The position numbers and the translations under genes are program-made. From Octopus sinensis (taxonomy: Eukaryota), in the NCBI RefSeq assembly GCF_006345805.1, contig NW_021832232.1, positions 248,001-312,000 on the forward strand: DNA of 64,000 nt, read 5' to 3'. Positions 12,700 through 25,510 of this stretch are shown here, piece by piece; the first letter of the stretch is position 1, and every line of letters begins with the position of its first letter. The notes beneath the pieces are model-generated. The model had not been told where the DNA came from. It saw only the letters and a list, made by a program, of their open reading frames with translations, and ran no database searches.

Positions 12700-14520
12700 T
12701 AGGTAAAAAGTGTAATCATTAATTTAATTAGTTAATCAATTTCTCAAGCTTCCTTTGACAAAATTCACTTCTGAAAATAGAGATTCACAGGCATACGTCG
12801 ATGAAAAAATTATTATTATCGCGATCGTTAATTTTTTTAAACAGCAAAATTTATCAGGAATGGAATTCCATACTGTCAGTATTTCGTCTTGTGAGGTCTT
12901 TTCATGTGAAACTGATAATTGATCATTTTCAATTATTTCCAAAGTATTTCTCAAATCAACAAATTTTTGTTTCCAAATAGAACTGTAATGTAGATCTATT
13001 AGCTGCATTTCCAGATCTTAAAAATTTATCCATTCTAGAATCTTCAAATTAAGTTTATTAAATCTGAATATATTATAAATTTGGATGTTTGAGAAAATGG
13101 TTTGAATTCAACAAATCTCGAAGAAAATTCATGAATTATTGACTGAATTAACGATGAAAATTCAAAAATTTGTTTAGGTAGATCTATTTTTTATGGAAAG
13201 TTAATATAATTTTAGGAATTTTTTAGTATTTTAAAAATATTTAAAATTGTTGAAAAGTACGTCAAGGTTAAGAACAACGACTTTGGCCTCAAATGCCTGA
13301 ATTGAATCAATCGCGTGATATATTAATTTATTACCACCTTGCAAATCTAGTTCAATTTATTTAAATGGCACGTAAAATCTGCAAAAAATGTTAGTTTAAG
13401 GATCCATCCAAGGTCCATTAATTGTGGATACTTATCACTTACTTTTTCACTATGTAAAAATATTTGCACTTCATCCAAACACTGGACAAATCGTTCAAGA
13501 ACTTTTCCACAGCTCAACATATTTATAAAAAACCCATATGTACAGAATTTACTTCATTTAATAATGTCTGAATTTTTTTTATGTAAGGACCGAGCAGATA
13601 TGAAGTTAATTATTTTTATGACAACGATTGTAATGTGCTCGAATCCAGATTTTGCACATAAAACCTGAAGGTTGTAAGAAAAAACAATGAATGATGTAAT
13701 GAAATCCAAGAACTGGATGCCCGACGTGCCATGTAACTAAGCTGACAAAACCATTATTCTTTCAATCATACTGGGTGGAACCATCTGTGGTTATTGATAC
13801 TATTTTTGAAATATCTATCCTTTTCTCTGTGATCGAATTTACAACTGTGTTAAAAATATCGACTCCTTTATTAGTTGTTGCTAATGCTGGCAAACACAAT
13901 AATTGTTCCATAATAGTATTCACGGCGCAATATCTGACAAAATTGCTAGGCGTGACAATCCAGATATGTCAGTACTTTCGTCAACACAAAGGGAAATGAA
14001 ATCACAAGACTTAATATCTTTACTTTGTTAAATAGAGATATTTTCACTCATCACCAAAATTTTTTCCTTTACCGTGTTTCGTGAGAGGGAAATATTTTTT
14101 ATTTTTTCTATAATTTTTGGATTTTCTTTGAATAAGAATGGTGCACATTTTATTCACGCTTCTTTTATATATTCACCATCAGAAAAAAGCTTCCCATGCT
14201 TCGCAATAACATGAGAAATAACATAACTAGCACTGATTGAATCAGATTGACCGTTAACAAGTGTTCTGAGTGATTCTGATTGTTGAGAGTTCTTTTTAAC
14301 TGAGATGCAAGTGTTTCTTTTTGTTCATCCTTAGTTTTCTCAGATTATGATTTGTGAATATTTTAAAAATGGCGTTTTATTTAAGATGTTCGGCAAGCAA
14401 TTTAGCCGGAGCACAACACACATAAAGCTTTGTCGCCTAAAAATAAAAAATTAATATTAACCTCTGTTCAGCAACCTATATTTTTTAATCCATGAATTTT
14501 GAAATGCTCTATTTGGGAAA
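12700..14520 (-). pseudogene. Decayed hAT transposase (GTF2IRD2-like) with a 25-nt intron
   Basis: BED-like KALCVLC follows the intron at 14437-14461. The C-terminus reads FSSTYACESLFSEVNFVK. It has many stops and frameshifts. Confidence 0.8.
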
Positions 14521-14544
14521 ACCTCTATTTTTGGGGTAGTTTGA

Positions 14545-16463
14545 AAAAGATAATTTTGTTGTCAGACTGCAGAATTTTTGGTGGACCATAGGAAAGAAAT
14601 ATAGTTTTCAATGATTCCGAAACTGTAACTGCTTCTTTATTTTCTATTTATTTGGCAAAGAAAAATTTTGACATTCATAAGATGTTTATAGGAATCATTT
14701 ATATCTGAATAAAACGAAAGATCGACTAAATCAACTTGATAGATAAAAATAAACTATGGAATGAACCGTTATCGAGGTTAGCACACCTATCATTAGATTT
14801 AATATTACCTCCAGAATTTACGAAATTTTTTAAGAAAACGAAATTTTTTTAGTCCTGAAAAATCTTCTGGTATTGTATTATTTATTAAAAAATTAAGAAT
14901 ATTCTTATTCTCCTGATCATCCTTTACAATGTTGGCAAATCTCATTCGGATAATACAGTCGGACCTCGGTTTGAGCCACATGGTGGCTCATAAACCGAGG
15001 TTGTATCATAAACCGAGGTTGTATCATAAACCGAGGTTCGCTAATAATCCTAATTAACAGTACTTTAAGTAAAAAATAGTTCACAAGAAACAGATAGAAA
15101 CAGTTCATAAGTTATACTTTTTTGAAATAATGCGTAATCTTTTCTCCAAAACAATTTTTATCCCGTAAATTAATCATTATTTTTTTCCTTAGGGAGTAGA
15201 AATCATTTAATAATTCTGGAGAAAGTTTTCATATATTTTCCTCCATATTATTAATAAGAGTCAGTGGATCTATGATGTCTGTTGATTCAGGCCCATTATA
15301 AAAATTTATTTCGCTTTCAAGCAATTCTTCGACAGACTTCGTTCACCATCTCTGTCACGTCCGTATGAATCTTCGAATTGATATTTATTGTTTCCTCCCA
15401 TCTACACTCAAAAATTTTTTTCCAACAATTTTGAATTTGATTTGAAGTTACATTGGCCCAGGCTTCAGAAATTAGTTGCATCACATTCCGTAAATTGAGA
15501 CTTTTAATTGCTTCCAAAAAATTGCTTCTATTTTCACAAATGCATCCAAATTCGATAAGTAAATTACTGTAATCTGTCTTCAGTGCTTTAATTATGCCCA
15601 TATCCAATGGCTGAACTAACGATGTAGTGTTTTTAGGTAAATATAAAAATTCATTAAAAACCCAGCTTTTAAAAATTTCAGTTGTCATCCACGAATTTTT
15701 GAAGCCAACCATTAGACGATTTGAAATTATTCAATGATAATTTTGAAGCGACCATCGACCCAATTTTCTTAATGGTCGGTCCAGATAAGGGAACTTTTTC
15801 AAGTCACAATTTGTGAAAAATTTCGAAAACTTTAAGATCGAGATTTTTAAGCTTTTCAGAATCACTAGTTTGCTCGGATAAATCAGAATAAATAGTTCCA
15901 TTATCAAGAAAAGGGAAATCTTTTTTATACGTGAAATTGTAGCCCTGCTAGCGTTGAAAATTTCCGCAATTCTTCGCTCTGAAAGCTGGTTCCGTTTAAT
16001 ATATTGGGCTATTTCGAGTTTTTTTTCGTGATCAATTTTCATTTTAGGCATCTAGAAAACATAGAACAGTGGAAAATACTTCAACAAAGATAACAACGTG
16101 ACAAAGAAAAAATTCTTTAAAATAAACGATAAAATATATAAAATAAAAATAACTATATTACAAAATATTTAGTTTATAGCAACTTTTAGATGGCTCATAA
16201 CGAGGTCTATTTTTAATTGATTTTTACAAACCCCTTAGGAAAAAAGCAGTTTCAAAAAACGTGGCTCAAAAATAGAGTTTGTATCATAAAGCGAGTATGG
16301 ATCATACCCGAGGTCTGGCTCATAACGAGGTCCGACTGTATTATCTTAAAGTGCGAAATCATCTTTAATATTGAGTTGATAATTGTCGAGAGCTTAATTC
16401 AACGTTAAATCCAAGGTCACAGCGTTTCACTTTAGGCACGCGTTTCATTTATGACGCGTGACA
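14545..16463 (-). mobile_element. Ginger2-like element remnant, interrupted by a Tigger
   Basis: The TGTCACGCGTCATAAATGAAACG end at 16463 matches 37540. The integrase piece YGPPKILQSDN at 14550-14680 matches 37800-38035. Confidence 0.7.
14956..16338 (-). mobile_element. pogo/Tigger DNA transposon, internally deleted
   Basis: TIR CAGTCGGACCTCG, TA TSD on both sides, subterminal TCATAAACCGAGG repeats, an HTH ORF and the LPKNTTSLVQPLDMGIIKALK motif. Confidence 0.92.
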
Positions 16464-16475
16464 ATTAATAACTTC

Positions 16476-16630
16476 GGTCGACGGATTTCAAGGACAAGCC
16501 ACAATCCAAGAGAGTATTCTTGGCTCCTGGAACGTCTGTCTATTGCTGTGATCTGAGGGAACAGCTTCGCCATTCGCGAGGCTGGCCGGGTGTCTCGTGA
16601 GGCCATTAATTAGCTTAGCTATCTATTTTC
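16476..16630 (+). mobile_element. CRE-like retroelement 3' tail
   Basis: Near-identical to the reverse complement of 10095-10245, including the TTAGCTTAGCTATC 3' UTR. Confidence 0.85.
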
Positions 16631-16631
16631 T

Positions 16632-17199
16632 TTGATGGTTGATGTTATACCAAAAAAAATTAATAACTATCGGCAACAGATTTCTAGTTCAACTTTTTTA
16701 GTTGACAGTGAGAAAGAAAATTTTGACACGATAATTGCTGACGTAATTGCTGAAAATGAAGAAGAAAATGATGATGAGACAATATATGACCAAACTGAAT
16801 GCAAATGTTCACACTTGCACACGATAACAGGAATGAATAACCTTGAAGAGAATATTCACCGTTAGTTTCCTGATGCGTTAAAAGACTATTACAATTTCAG
16901 AAAAATATTGGGCATATATATGAAGAAATCTGCAACAGGAAACAAAATAACAGATTATTTTCGTGTAATAGAATAAAAAAAATTTTTCTACTTAAAAATA
17001 CTCTAATTATCAATAAAATTAGTGAAAACATGTTTAAATGTTCTTTAAAATACTTTACTTATTTATAAATTAATGAAAATATACTAAAACTATTAAAATG
17101 TTTATAAAAATGAAGAAAATTTCAGACCTCCATTTTTGGGAAAACTTCCATTTTTGGGGCAATTTTTCAAAATTGATGCCCCAAATGGAGGTTATACTG
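16632..17199 (+). mobile_element. Tigger 3' fragment with right TIR
   Basis: NNLEENI...KITDYF C-terminus as in the 26559 element; ends CCCCAAATGGAGGTTATACTG followed by TA. Confidence 0.7.
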
Positions 17200-17239
17200 T
17201 ACCATTTAATAAAACAAAATGTTAAAATTATTAAAAAGA

Positions 17240-19280
17240 ATTAATCCATACTTCATATGGTGTGTGAAGAGATGGTGCGGTTGCTGGCACGGGTACGGCC
17301 ATCTACTATATGAATCGGTTGAAGATCAAAAATTTGAAAATAGAAAACGAAACCACCTGTGAATTTGTGTCTCTCGAGTTATTATGTGGATAAGAGTGGA
17401 TTCTGATCGGGGGAATGTACTCTAAGAAATTAGTTGAAAACAAAAACTCAATTGCTGATTTCTTCAAACGCAATTAATTTGTACTGATTGCTTAAGATCT
17501 AAACTCTAAATGCCTATCTTTTGGCTATCAAAAAAAAATCGAGATGGAAAAATCCTGCAGACTGTATCCGATCAAGTTTGTTTTGACGTTTGGACAACGG
17601 AAAAACCAAATCATTTTTCATGCCATGGAGATGATTTCTTAGCGCTGTTCTTAACTTCACCCTCATTAAAGCTCTTATGTCAACTCCCGAGGATAATCGA
17701 AGACATCGGCAGTGATCATGCCCCCAGATGATGACTATAATGCTGTATCTAACATTAATGGAGGATATCTTTTAGCACTATAGAACCGCAAAAACGGACT
17801 GGGCCTTCTATGAACTATTCATTTCTTCTAAACTTGGAAACTCCTGTTTGGCAGTTGAGGAGAATGAAGATGCAATAGAAAGAACAGATGACTACATTAG
17901 AAGCCTGTTGAGCAGCTTTTTGAAGAAGTACTCTGAAAAAATCTACTCAAAACAGAAAATCCCAAATACTTCCGGGGTCTACGAAAAAATATTGTGCTTA
18001 AAAAATAGACTTATGTCAAAGCTTAAAAGATGCTTGGATCTCCTAGACCAGTGGTTCTCAAACTGGGGTACGTGTACCCCTGGGAGTCAATAGTAGAATA
18101 CGAGATCTATCCGAAAACATAAAAGAACAAGTTATTTTCTGGTTAATTATTATTTCATTACTGAAATAAAAAGTGCTGCCAAAATATCACAAAATCGGAT
18201 TTTATATAATCGATTTTTTGTTTTTGTTTCCGACTAAATATCTCTGTAAACAAGGATTTTTATTGTTGTTTAGTTTAAAATCAGTTCATCTTGCAAGGCT
18301 GAGTGTTGTTCATGATATTCGGGTGTGTCTTTCGTCAAAGGATCCAGAAATCGATTGATTAGTGGTTGATAAACAAAACCATCCATCTCATTAATTAAAT
18401 AAGTTTTTTCCTTAATTTGTTTAAAAATCGATAAGGGGTGCGCGAAAAATTATTTAGCTGGCAAGGGGTACGCAAGGCAAAAAAGTTTGAGAACCACCCA
18501 AAGCCTCCTTGAGTAAAATACACAAGCAGATTGAAACGTTACTTAATTAGTGAGTCTGAGACCCAAGAAGCAATAAGGGCAGCCAAAAATGCGGCCTCAA
18601 AATATGACAAGATTCCAATGGCCTGTTTTAAGCATGCACCGAATTGTCTGATGTCTCTGCTTACAAACCTCTTCAATTCCAGCCTTCAGAGAGGATATGT
18701 TCAAAAGTCATACAAAACCGAAGTTCGAATGGTTCGAAAACTTAAGAAACCTAAAGAAGAAGCCTCGAGCTATAGGCCTATAAGCCTAATTTGGTCTACA
18801 TCAAAGATAATGAAAAATATCATCTATATGGCTAGTACTGCATATATAAAAAAATCGCTGACTCTCTCACGATCAGTGGAATTTTCGCCGGGCCGTTCAT
18901 GTGCTGACTGCATCTATTGACTGAATTCAATAGTATCTAAGGCAAGAGATTCTGGCTTATCGACCAGTATTGTGTGTTTGGATGTGTCGAAGGCTTTTGA
19001 CAGTGTTTGTCATTCCTTCTAACTGGAAAATCTTGAAAATTAATGCAGAAACTCTTGGATGGTTAGCGAGTTTTTTTTGAATGGGAGAATCTCCTTTGTC
19101 AAATATGTTGGTCAAGATTGAAAAGCCATTCTCCGAAAAAGAGGAGTATCTCAAGGCTCAGTTCTCAGCCCATTATTGTTTAACGTGTACATGGCAGACT
19201 TTCCAAAACGTGTGTGCATCTCGACAAATGTGCTTATTTATGCTAGTGACGTTATTATTACGGCGTGAAAATAAGACTAG
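17240..19280 (+). mobile_element. Decayed APE-RT non-LTR retrotransposon (Jockey/I-like)
   Basis: DIGSDHAP endonuclease end, SSYRPISL, LDVSKAFDSV, QGSVLSPLLFNVYMAD; many frameshifts. Confidence 0.8.
18049..18497 (+). mobile_element. hAT MITE inserted in the non-LTR element
   Basis: CAGTGGTTCTCAAAC ... GTTTGAGAACCAC with GGGGTAC subterminal motifs. The left flank is TCCTAGAC; the right terminus is damaged. Confidence 0.8.
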
Positions 19281-19284
19281 TGAG

Positions 19285-19590
19285 GTGACCATAATTCCGG
19301 ATTTTAAGATCTTCAGCGTGATTAGAAGCGAAGCCTGGGTTGACGGTCGACATGGCTAGGTTCCCGTTGGAGAATGTGTCACAGCAGGTAGAATCCCATA
19401 TAAGGCATTTTCCCTGCTCAAAGGGGAATGTAGTTAAGCCGTCAGGGCGTTTGCGTCACCTCTGTCCAAACCGATAGGTTCGAGGACACACGGCACCCCG
19501 GAGGCTTCGAGGAATCTCTTCACAATGTCATTCAGTTCACTATGGCAAGGCGCACGGCCTGCACTACGGAAGCAGGAAAGGGGATGACGA
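19285..19590 (-). mobile_element. CRE-like RLE fragment
   Basis: HPLSCFRSAGRAPCHSELND...LEPIGLDRGD.RPDGLTTFPFEQGKCLIWDSTCCDT. Confidence 0.85.
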
Positions 19591-20040
19591 GAGGATTATA
19601 ATTTTATTTCCTAATTGGATCAACGGGAACTGTAGTTGACGACGACAAAAAAGATTCAAGATTGAATTCTATTTTTGTTAGTCTTTAAAGTCTTCAGAGA
19701 TTTGAAAGATTTGATTTTTCAACCTAAAAAACAAAATTCATTCATTTCCCCGTAATATCGACATCTTAAAATGTCAGGCTTCAATTAGAACATCGGGAAA
19801 TCGATTTTTATTTACAGGGCGATGCTGATTATTTGTAACTAAGATTATAAAAGGTCTTTGGCTTTTTTTCTAAATCCGGGAAATCAGATAAAATCATTGT
19901 TTTCATGTTAAGTGAGTGAAAGTGCAGACTACCTATATAAGCTTAACTCAACAAAATAAAATCTAATGAAAATGAAGACTTTTCTTTTCGTCCGAGCATA
20001 AGAATGTGCCTAAATAATACTATACCATTTCCTATACTAA

Positions 20041-20300
20041 ATGGGATTAACGTCAAACAAAGTGGGATTAACGTCAAACAAAGTGGGATTAAGGTCAAAC
20101 TATGTGGGATTAAGGTCAAACAAAGTGGGATTAACGTCAAACAAAGTGGGATTAAGGTCAAACTATGTGGGATTAAGGTCAAACAAAGTGGGATTAACGT
20201 CAAACAAAGTGGGATTAAGGTCAAACTATGTGGGATTAACGTCAAACTAAATGGGATTAAGGTCAAACTATGTGGGATTAACGTCAAACTAAGTGGATTA
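20041..20300 (+). repeat. 21-bp tandem array, about 12 units (left TIR)
   Basis: Unit GGGATTAA(C/G)GTCAAAC(AAA/TAT)GT. Confidence 0.95.
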
Positions 20301-20745
20301 CGTTTATTATAAATATACCATTTACAACTCTATTTTGCATGTACGAAATTTAATTTGCGGTCAGTAAACTCATTTCTGCAAGTAAGAAATGATTTTTGCG
20401 GTTAAGAAAGTCATTTTGCAATCAAGAAAATTAATTTGCGGTCATGAAAATCGGTTTTGCAAGTGGGAAATTATATTATATTTCGACGCAGCAAATAAAA
20501 ATGCCACGTAAATCATTGGAAGAGAAAAATCAAATGCATAGAAATAAAATACATTTAATTTCAGCTGCAGAATCAGGTGGAGATTGGAAAAAAACAGCAC
20601 TTGAACTCAATATCCCGAGAACAACGAGAACAATATAATTGGATGCATCTCAAATCTAGGACTCATTTACTGTAAAATCCGAAGGGGAGCTTTTAAAAAA
20701 GAGCAGATATGGTTAACATAAAATTTTAAAAAAAGAATTTTTGGT

Positions 20746-20990
20746 GTTAAATCCCACATAGTTTGACCTTAATCCCACTTTGTTTGACGTTAATCCCACA
20801 TAGTTTGACCTTAATCCCACTTTGTTTGACGTTAATCCCACATAGTTTGACCTTAATCCCACTTTGTTTGATGTTAATCCCACATAGTTTGACCTTAATC
20901 CCACTTTGTTTGACCTTAATCCCACTTTGTTTGACGTTAATCCCACATAGTTTGACCTTAATTTCACTTTGTTTGACGTTAATCCCATTT
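20746..20990 (-). repeat. 21-bp tandem array, about 11-12 units (right TIR, inverted)
   Basis: Reverse complement of the same unit. Confidence 0.95.
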
Positions 20991-21818
20991 AGTATAGGAA
21001 ATGGTATAGTCACCTAGTATTTCTTAAAAATTATCTTATTTGTTCCAAATTAAAGGCTACAAAAGACTAATTAAGAATCTATTTCCAATTTCTATAAAAA
21101 AAGTTCTGCAATTGAGATATTATTTCTATACAAGACTCTAATTTCTTGGTTGTTACAAAATGTAATTTAAAACTCAAAGTTAATTTTATTTATAATCATT
21201 CTGGCAGTCTCGACTGGTCTTTTATTATCATTTTATCTACAAGAGTATCACTCAAGTAGAATATATTTCTCGTTAAGTCAGTGAATCTCAGATGTTAAAT
21301 GTGTGATAAAAACATCACTCATTTCGGCGATATAAATATGTCTGAAAAAATTTTTCTATGATTTGTCAATAATTACCTTAAAAGCGTATTCTCAAATGAA
21401 TCAAAAAAATCGAATTATCAGAAAAATTCTGATCAGAAAAAATGTCATTAGAATGTCATTTATACATTGAGTAATGCAGAAAAGATTTTTATTTCCTGTT
21501 GGACAAACCAGCTATCTCCCTTCCATTTAAAAATTAAGTCGAATAAATCCAGATATTAATTAGGTCTTCAAAATATCTATGGGTTTAAGAAAAGTTTTTA
21601 TTATTTCTTGACCACAAAGTGAAATATCGCAGATTAAAAATGTTGGTAAATCTAGATATTAAAAAATCTTTAACAAATCTATGGATTTAGAATTTCTCAC
21701 CAAAGCTTAGTCCTTTTTTATCAAATTTAAAATCTGGAAGAAGAACTTAGTACAGAATTTAGAAAAGCAAATAGAATTAGTCCTGAATTGAAAAAACCAA
21801 AAGTGATTTAAAAACTAA

Positions 21819-23881
21819 TTAATCGACTTCCTGGATAGTTGGTCCGGAATTATCACCAGATGGCGCAGGACCTGAACCATTACCAGAGAATCCACCAGGG
21901 AAACCGCCAGGCATGCCACCAGGCATTCCTCCTGGAGCTCCACCTTGTTGATACATAGCTGTCATAATAGGAGTTGCCACATCTTGCAATTCTTTCATAA
22001 TGCTTTCAAGTTCCTCAATATTAGAATTAGAATGATTGAGAGTGTCCAGTTTGGAGAGAGTGGACGTACATGAACTCTCAAGTTTTTCACGGTCAGAAGA
22101 AGGAATCTTGTCTTTGTTCTTATCATCGGCTATTGTCTGTTTATAGCTGAAACACAATCCTTCAATTTCGTTCTTCTTGGTTACGAAATTTCTAATCCTC
22201 TCGTCATCCTCTTTGAATTTTTCAGATTCGTTGACCATTCTCTCGATTTCTTCTTTACTCAGACGTCCCTGTTCATTTGCAATGGTAACTTTATTTTCTT
22301 TTCCAGTTCCTTTATCCATTGCGGATACGTTGAGAATTCCATTTGCGTCAATATCAAATGTGACTTCAATTTGAGGAACGCCTCGAGGCGCAGGGGGAAT
22401 CCCACTGAGTTCGAATTTTCCAAGAGCATTATTATCCTTGGTCATTGACCGCTCTCCTTCAAACACTTGAATTAACACTCCTGGCTGATTGTCTGCATAG
22501 GTTGTGAATGTCTGAGTCTGCTTCGTTGGGATGGAAACATTTCTTTTTATCAACGGAGTCATTACTCCACCAGCAGTTTCAATTCCAAGAGAAAGTGGTG
22601 CAACATCCAAAAGCAAAAGCTTCTGAACATCTTCGTTCTGTTCGCCCCCCAAAACAGCGCCCTGGACAGCTACAACTATACCACATCTCTATTACCAGCT
22701 CCAAATGCAACAGCTTCATCAGGGTTAATTGATTTGTTCAGTGCCTTATTATTAAAGAACTGAGCAAGCATTGTCTGTATTTTGGGTATTCTGGTCGACC
22801 CTCCAACAAGGATAACTTCGTTGATTTTGGATTTGTCCAATTTGGCATCAGCAAGTGCCGACTCCACTGGCTTGAGAGTCATTTTAAACAAAGAATCGCA
22901 AAGACTTTCAAATCGAGCCTTGGTGATCGTTGTGTTATAATCCTTTCCATCAGCCAATGAATCAATCTCAATCGAGGCCTAAAATATGTATCCACAACAC
23001 ACACCGTCGTGCTATTCGACAATGTTCTCTTTGCTCGTTCACAGGCAGTCCTCAGTCTTCGGAGAGCCCTCTTATTTTTGGAAATATCGACAGATTGCCT
23101 CGTTTGGAACTCATTGACACAATATTCGACCATTTTATTGTCAAAATCTTCGCCACCCAAATGAGTATTTCCATTTGTGGACTTTACTTCGAAAATTCCA
23201 TCTTCAATAGTCAAAATCGAAACATCAAATGTTCCACCGCCAAGGTCAAATATCAGCACATTTTCTTCTCCACTTATCTTCTTATCCAACCCATAGGCAA
23301 TTGCAGCCGCAGTTGGCTCGTTGATAATTCTGAGCACATTCAACCCAGCAATCGATCCAGCATCCTTAGTGGCCGTTCTTTGTGCATCATTGAAGTAAGC
23401 CGGCACAGTAACAACTGCACTGGTCACTTTGTACCCCAGAAAAGACTCAGCGGTTTGTTTCATTAATCCCAAAACTGCGGAAGAAACTTCTTCAGGGGTT
23501 ATAGACTGCTGTTGTCCTTTGTAAACGACATTTATTTTGCATCCTCCGCTGCTGCTGCGGACCACTTTGAAGGGGAAATTTTTTATGTCGGACTGCACGT
23601 AAGAATCATCAAAAGGTCGGCCAATAAGTCTTTTAGCATCATAAATTGTGTTTTCGGGATTTACAGCACACTGGCTTTTGGCTGGGTCACCAATCAGTCG
23701 TTCTGATTCGTTAAAGGCGACATATGAAGGGGTTGTTCTGTTTCCTTGATCATTGGCAATGATTTCCACTTTGCCATTGATAAAGGCACCAACACAGCTG
23801 TAGGTTGTACCGAGGTCAATTCCAATTACTTTTCCAGTAGAAGTCTATTATGGATTAAAATTAAAGAAAGTGACATACCAT
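21819..23881 (-). CDS. HSP70: Cytosolic Hsp70/Hsc70
   Basis: ATG, then intron 23845-23878, then [18 protein letters not shown]. Further introns lie at 22979-23004 and 22670-22695 (26 nt each). Motifs: [30 protein letters not shown] repeats; ends PTIQEVD. Confidence 0.97.
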
Positions 23882-23935
23882 TAACAAGTATTGCGATATT
23901 AAATTGCCGTAACGCTTTTAAAGGAAACGTTGTAG

Positions 23936-23958
23936 AGAATGTGCTGGAAAAATCGAGT
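23936..23958. promoter_or_regulatory. Possible degenerate heat-shock element
   Basis: aGAAtgTGCtgGAAaaATCga about 60 bp upstream of the Hsp70 ATG; only two perfect nGAAn units. Confidence 0.25.
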
Positions 23959-24572
23959 ATGAATTTATTAGTTATCGATTTAAGGTTTTCCATTGTCAAA
24001 CATTAAATATATATTTATAATATTTAATTAATATAAAAAATTTATAATTTTCTAATCTCTGTAAATAATTTAACCTAAAATTAAAAATACTTCCTATAAT
24101 TTAGGCTTTTAAACCAATTTTAAATAAGAACCTAACATGGAGTATACCACTGGTAAAATCCCATGGAAAATTACGGAAAGTAAAAGTGCCTTCTGAATAA
24201 ATTTTTGATATTTGTATCCTTTAGATTTAGTGTTCATAAAAAATTGATAAAGAATGTGGAAATTCTGAGAATTTTCTATGTGAAACGAGTCGAAAATATT
24301 TTATTCTTTGCAACCTTATTCATTCTGTGTATAATAATATAGAATAGACTGGTTACAAAACATAGCTATAGTTATTTAAGATAGCTGGGTGTAAATAATT
24401 CTCTATATACAGTCAACTATTCTTAAAAAGACTAGAAAATATGCTCGCCGTATATCTATTCAACAAGAAACGGCAAATTGCATCTTTTCTGAGTTCAGAG
24501 AATTAGTGTGGAGTGCCACCTCTTGGTTATCCCGAAGATTTAGGACTTAGTTACATAGTTAAATAGTTTAAA

Positions 24573-24735
24573 AGCCCAGATGAAGTTACGTTCTTCCCTT
24601 TCCGAAAGAGTAAATGTCTAGAATGGGACTGTCCATGTACCGACACTTTCTCCTGTCCAATCTTGATAACTTACCTCTCTGTGTGTACTAAAGACCTCAT
24701 GAGATCAAATGGCTGTATCGGCGAGGGAACAGCTA
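24573..24735 (+). mobile_element. Old CRE-like RLE fragment
   Basis: PDEVTFFPFRKSKCLEWDCPCTDTFS...PHEIKWL...RGNS. Confidence 0.65.
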
Positions 24736-25201
24736 AACAATTCTATTTCTTATTATTGATAGAGTTTTGTGAAAATATAAACTCAAATTTCCCTTTGGCT
24801 CGTTCGGATGGAAAGTAGGTCACAGGCGTGATGTGACTTTCTCAAGACAATTTGAGGACAAATATTTTTAAAATTCCTTAAAATTCGCCCATTTTATAGA
24901 TTTAGATTACCATAGTAATTTTATCGGTTTTTTACGAAATTTAATTAACTAATTAAATTACAATGATGACACGTGGATAACCACGTGAGTGGTTTTATTG
25001 TTTATTTCGAGGGACTATTTAATGAATAGTATTCGACTGTTTTGCCAATAAAATTGTATGTCTGTTTTTTAGTTTATTATAATTTTTTTATTATTTAGAA
25101 TTAATTTTTAATTTAAAAATTTCGGTTTGGTGTGTTATTTATACATTTTTTCATAACCTAAGTTTACCTTGATTCATAACATTCTCATTTAGCTCATAGT
25201 A

Positions 25202-25510
25202 ATGTCAGATGAAATAATATATCTGGGAACAGAATATACACCAAAATCTAACGAAACAAAAGTTCAATCATCAATCGACACTCCCACTGTTATTACAAAT
25301 AAGCCTGAAACCATTCCTGAGTCAAATATTGGCCCAATGCAACGACTATATGCGCGTATTGTATCCGCAATTGGGGATATAAACAACGACTTACTGCCAT
25401 CATATGCAGGAAGCAGAACCGCGATGGATCGTTTGAGACGAAATATTGGCCAAGCACGTGCTCTTTGCAAAGAAGGAATTGGAAAAGTGGAAGTTTTAAA
25501 AAGAAAATGA
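25202..25510 (+). CDS. CDK2AP1: CDK2-associated protein (DOC-1/CDK2AP family, NuRD subunit), intronless
   Basis: YARIVSAIGDINNDLLPSYAGSRTAMDRLRRNIGQARALCKE matches the family motif [42 protein letters not shown]. Confidence 0.88.
   Translation: MSDEIIYLGTEYTPKSNETKVQSSIDTPTVITNKPETIPESNIGPMQRLYARIVSAIGDINNDLLPSYAGSRTAMDRLRRNIGQARALCKEGIGKVEVLKRK

Larger units (their letters stand above)
20023..21006 (+). mobile_element. Non-autonomous IS630/Tc1-like element with long TIRs made of 21-bp tandem arrays
   Basis: C-TA-[TACCATTTCCTATACTAAATGGGATT ... AATCCCATTTAGTATAGGAAATGGTA]-TA-G. The internal HTH remnant ISAAESGGDWKKTALELNIPRTT is homologous to the N-terminus of the transposase in the 46866-48181 element. 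Confidence 0.88.

Noticed and set aside
20041-20990. CRISPR-like array or repeat-protein ORFs (GIKVKQS, LTLIPLC)
   Set aside because: There are no unique spacers. The units are contiguous 21-mers forming inverted transposon ends, and the ORFs arise because 21 is divisible by 3.
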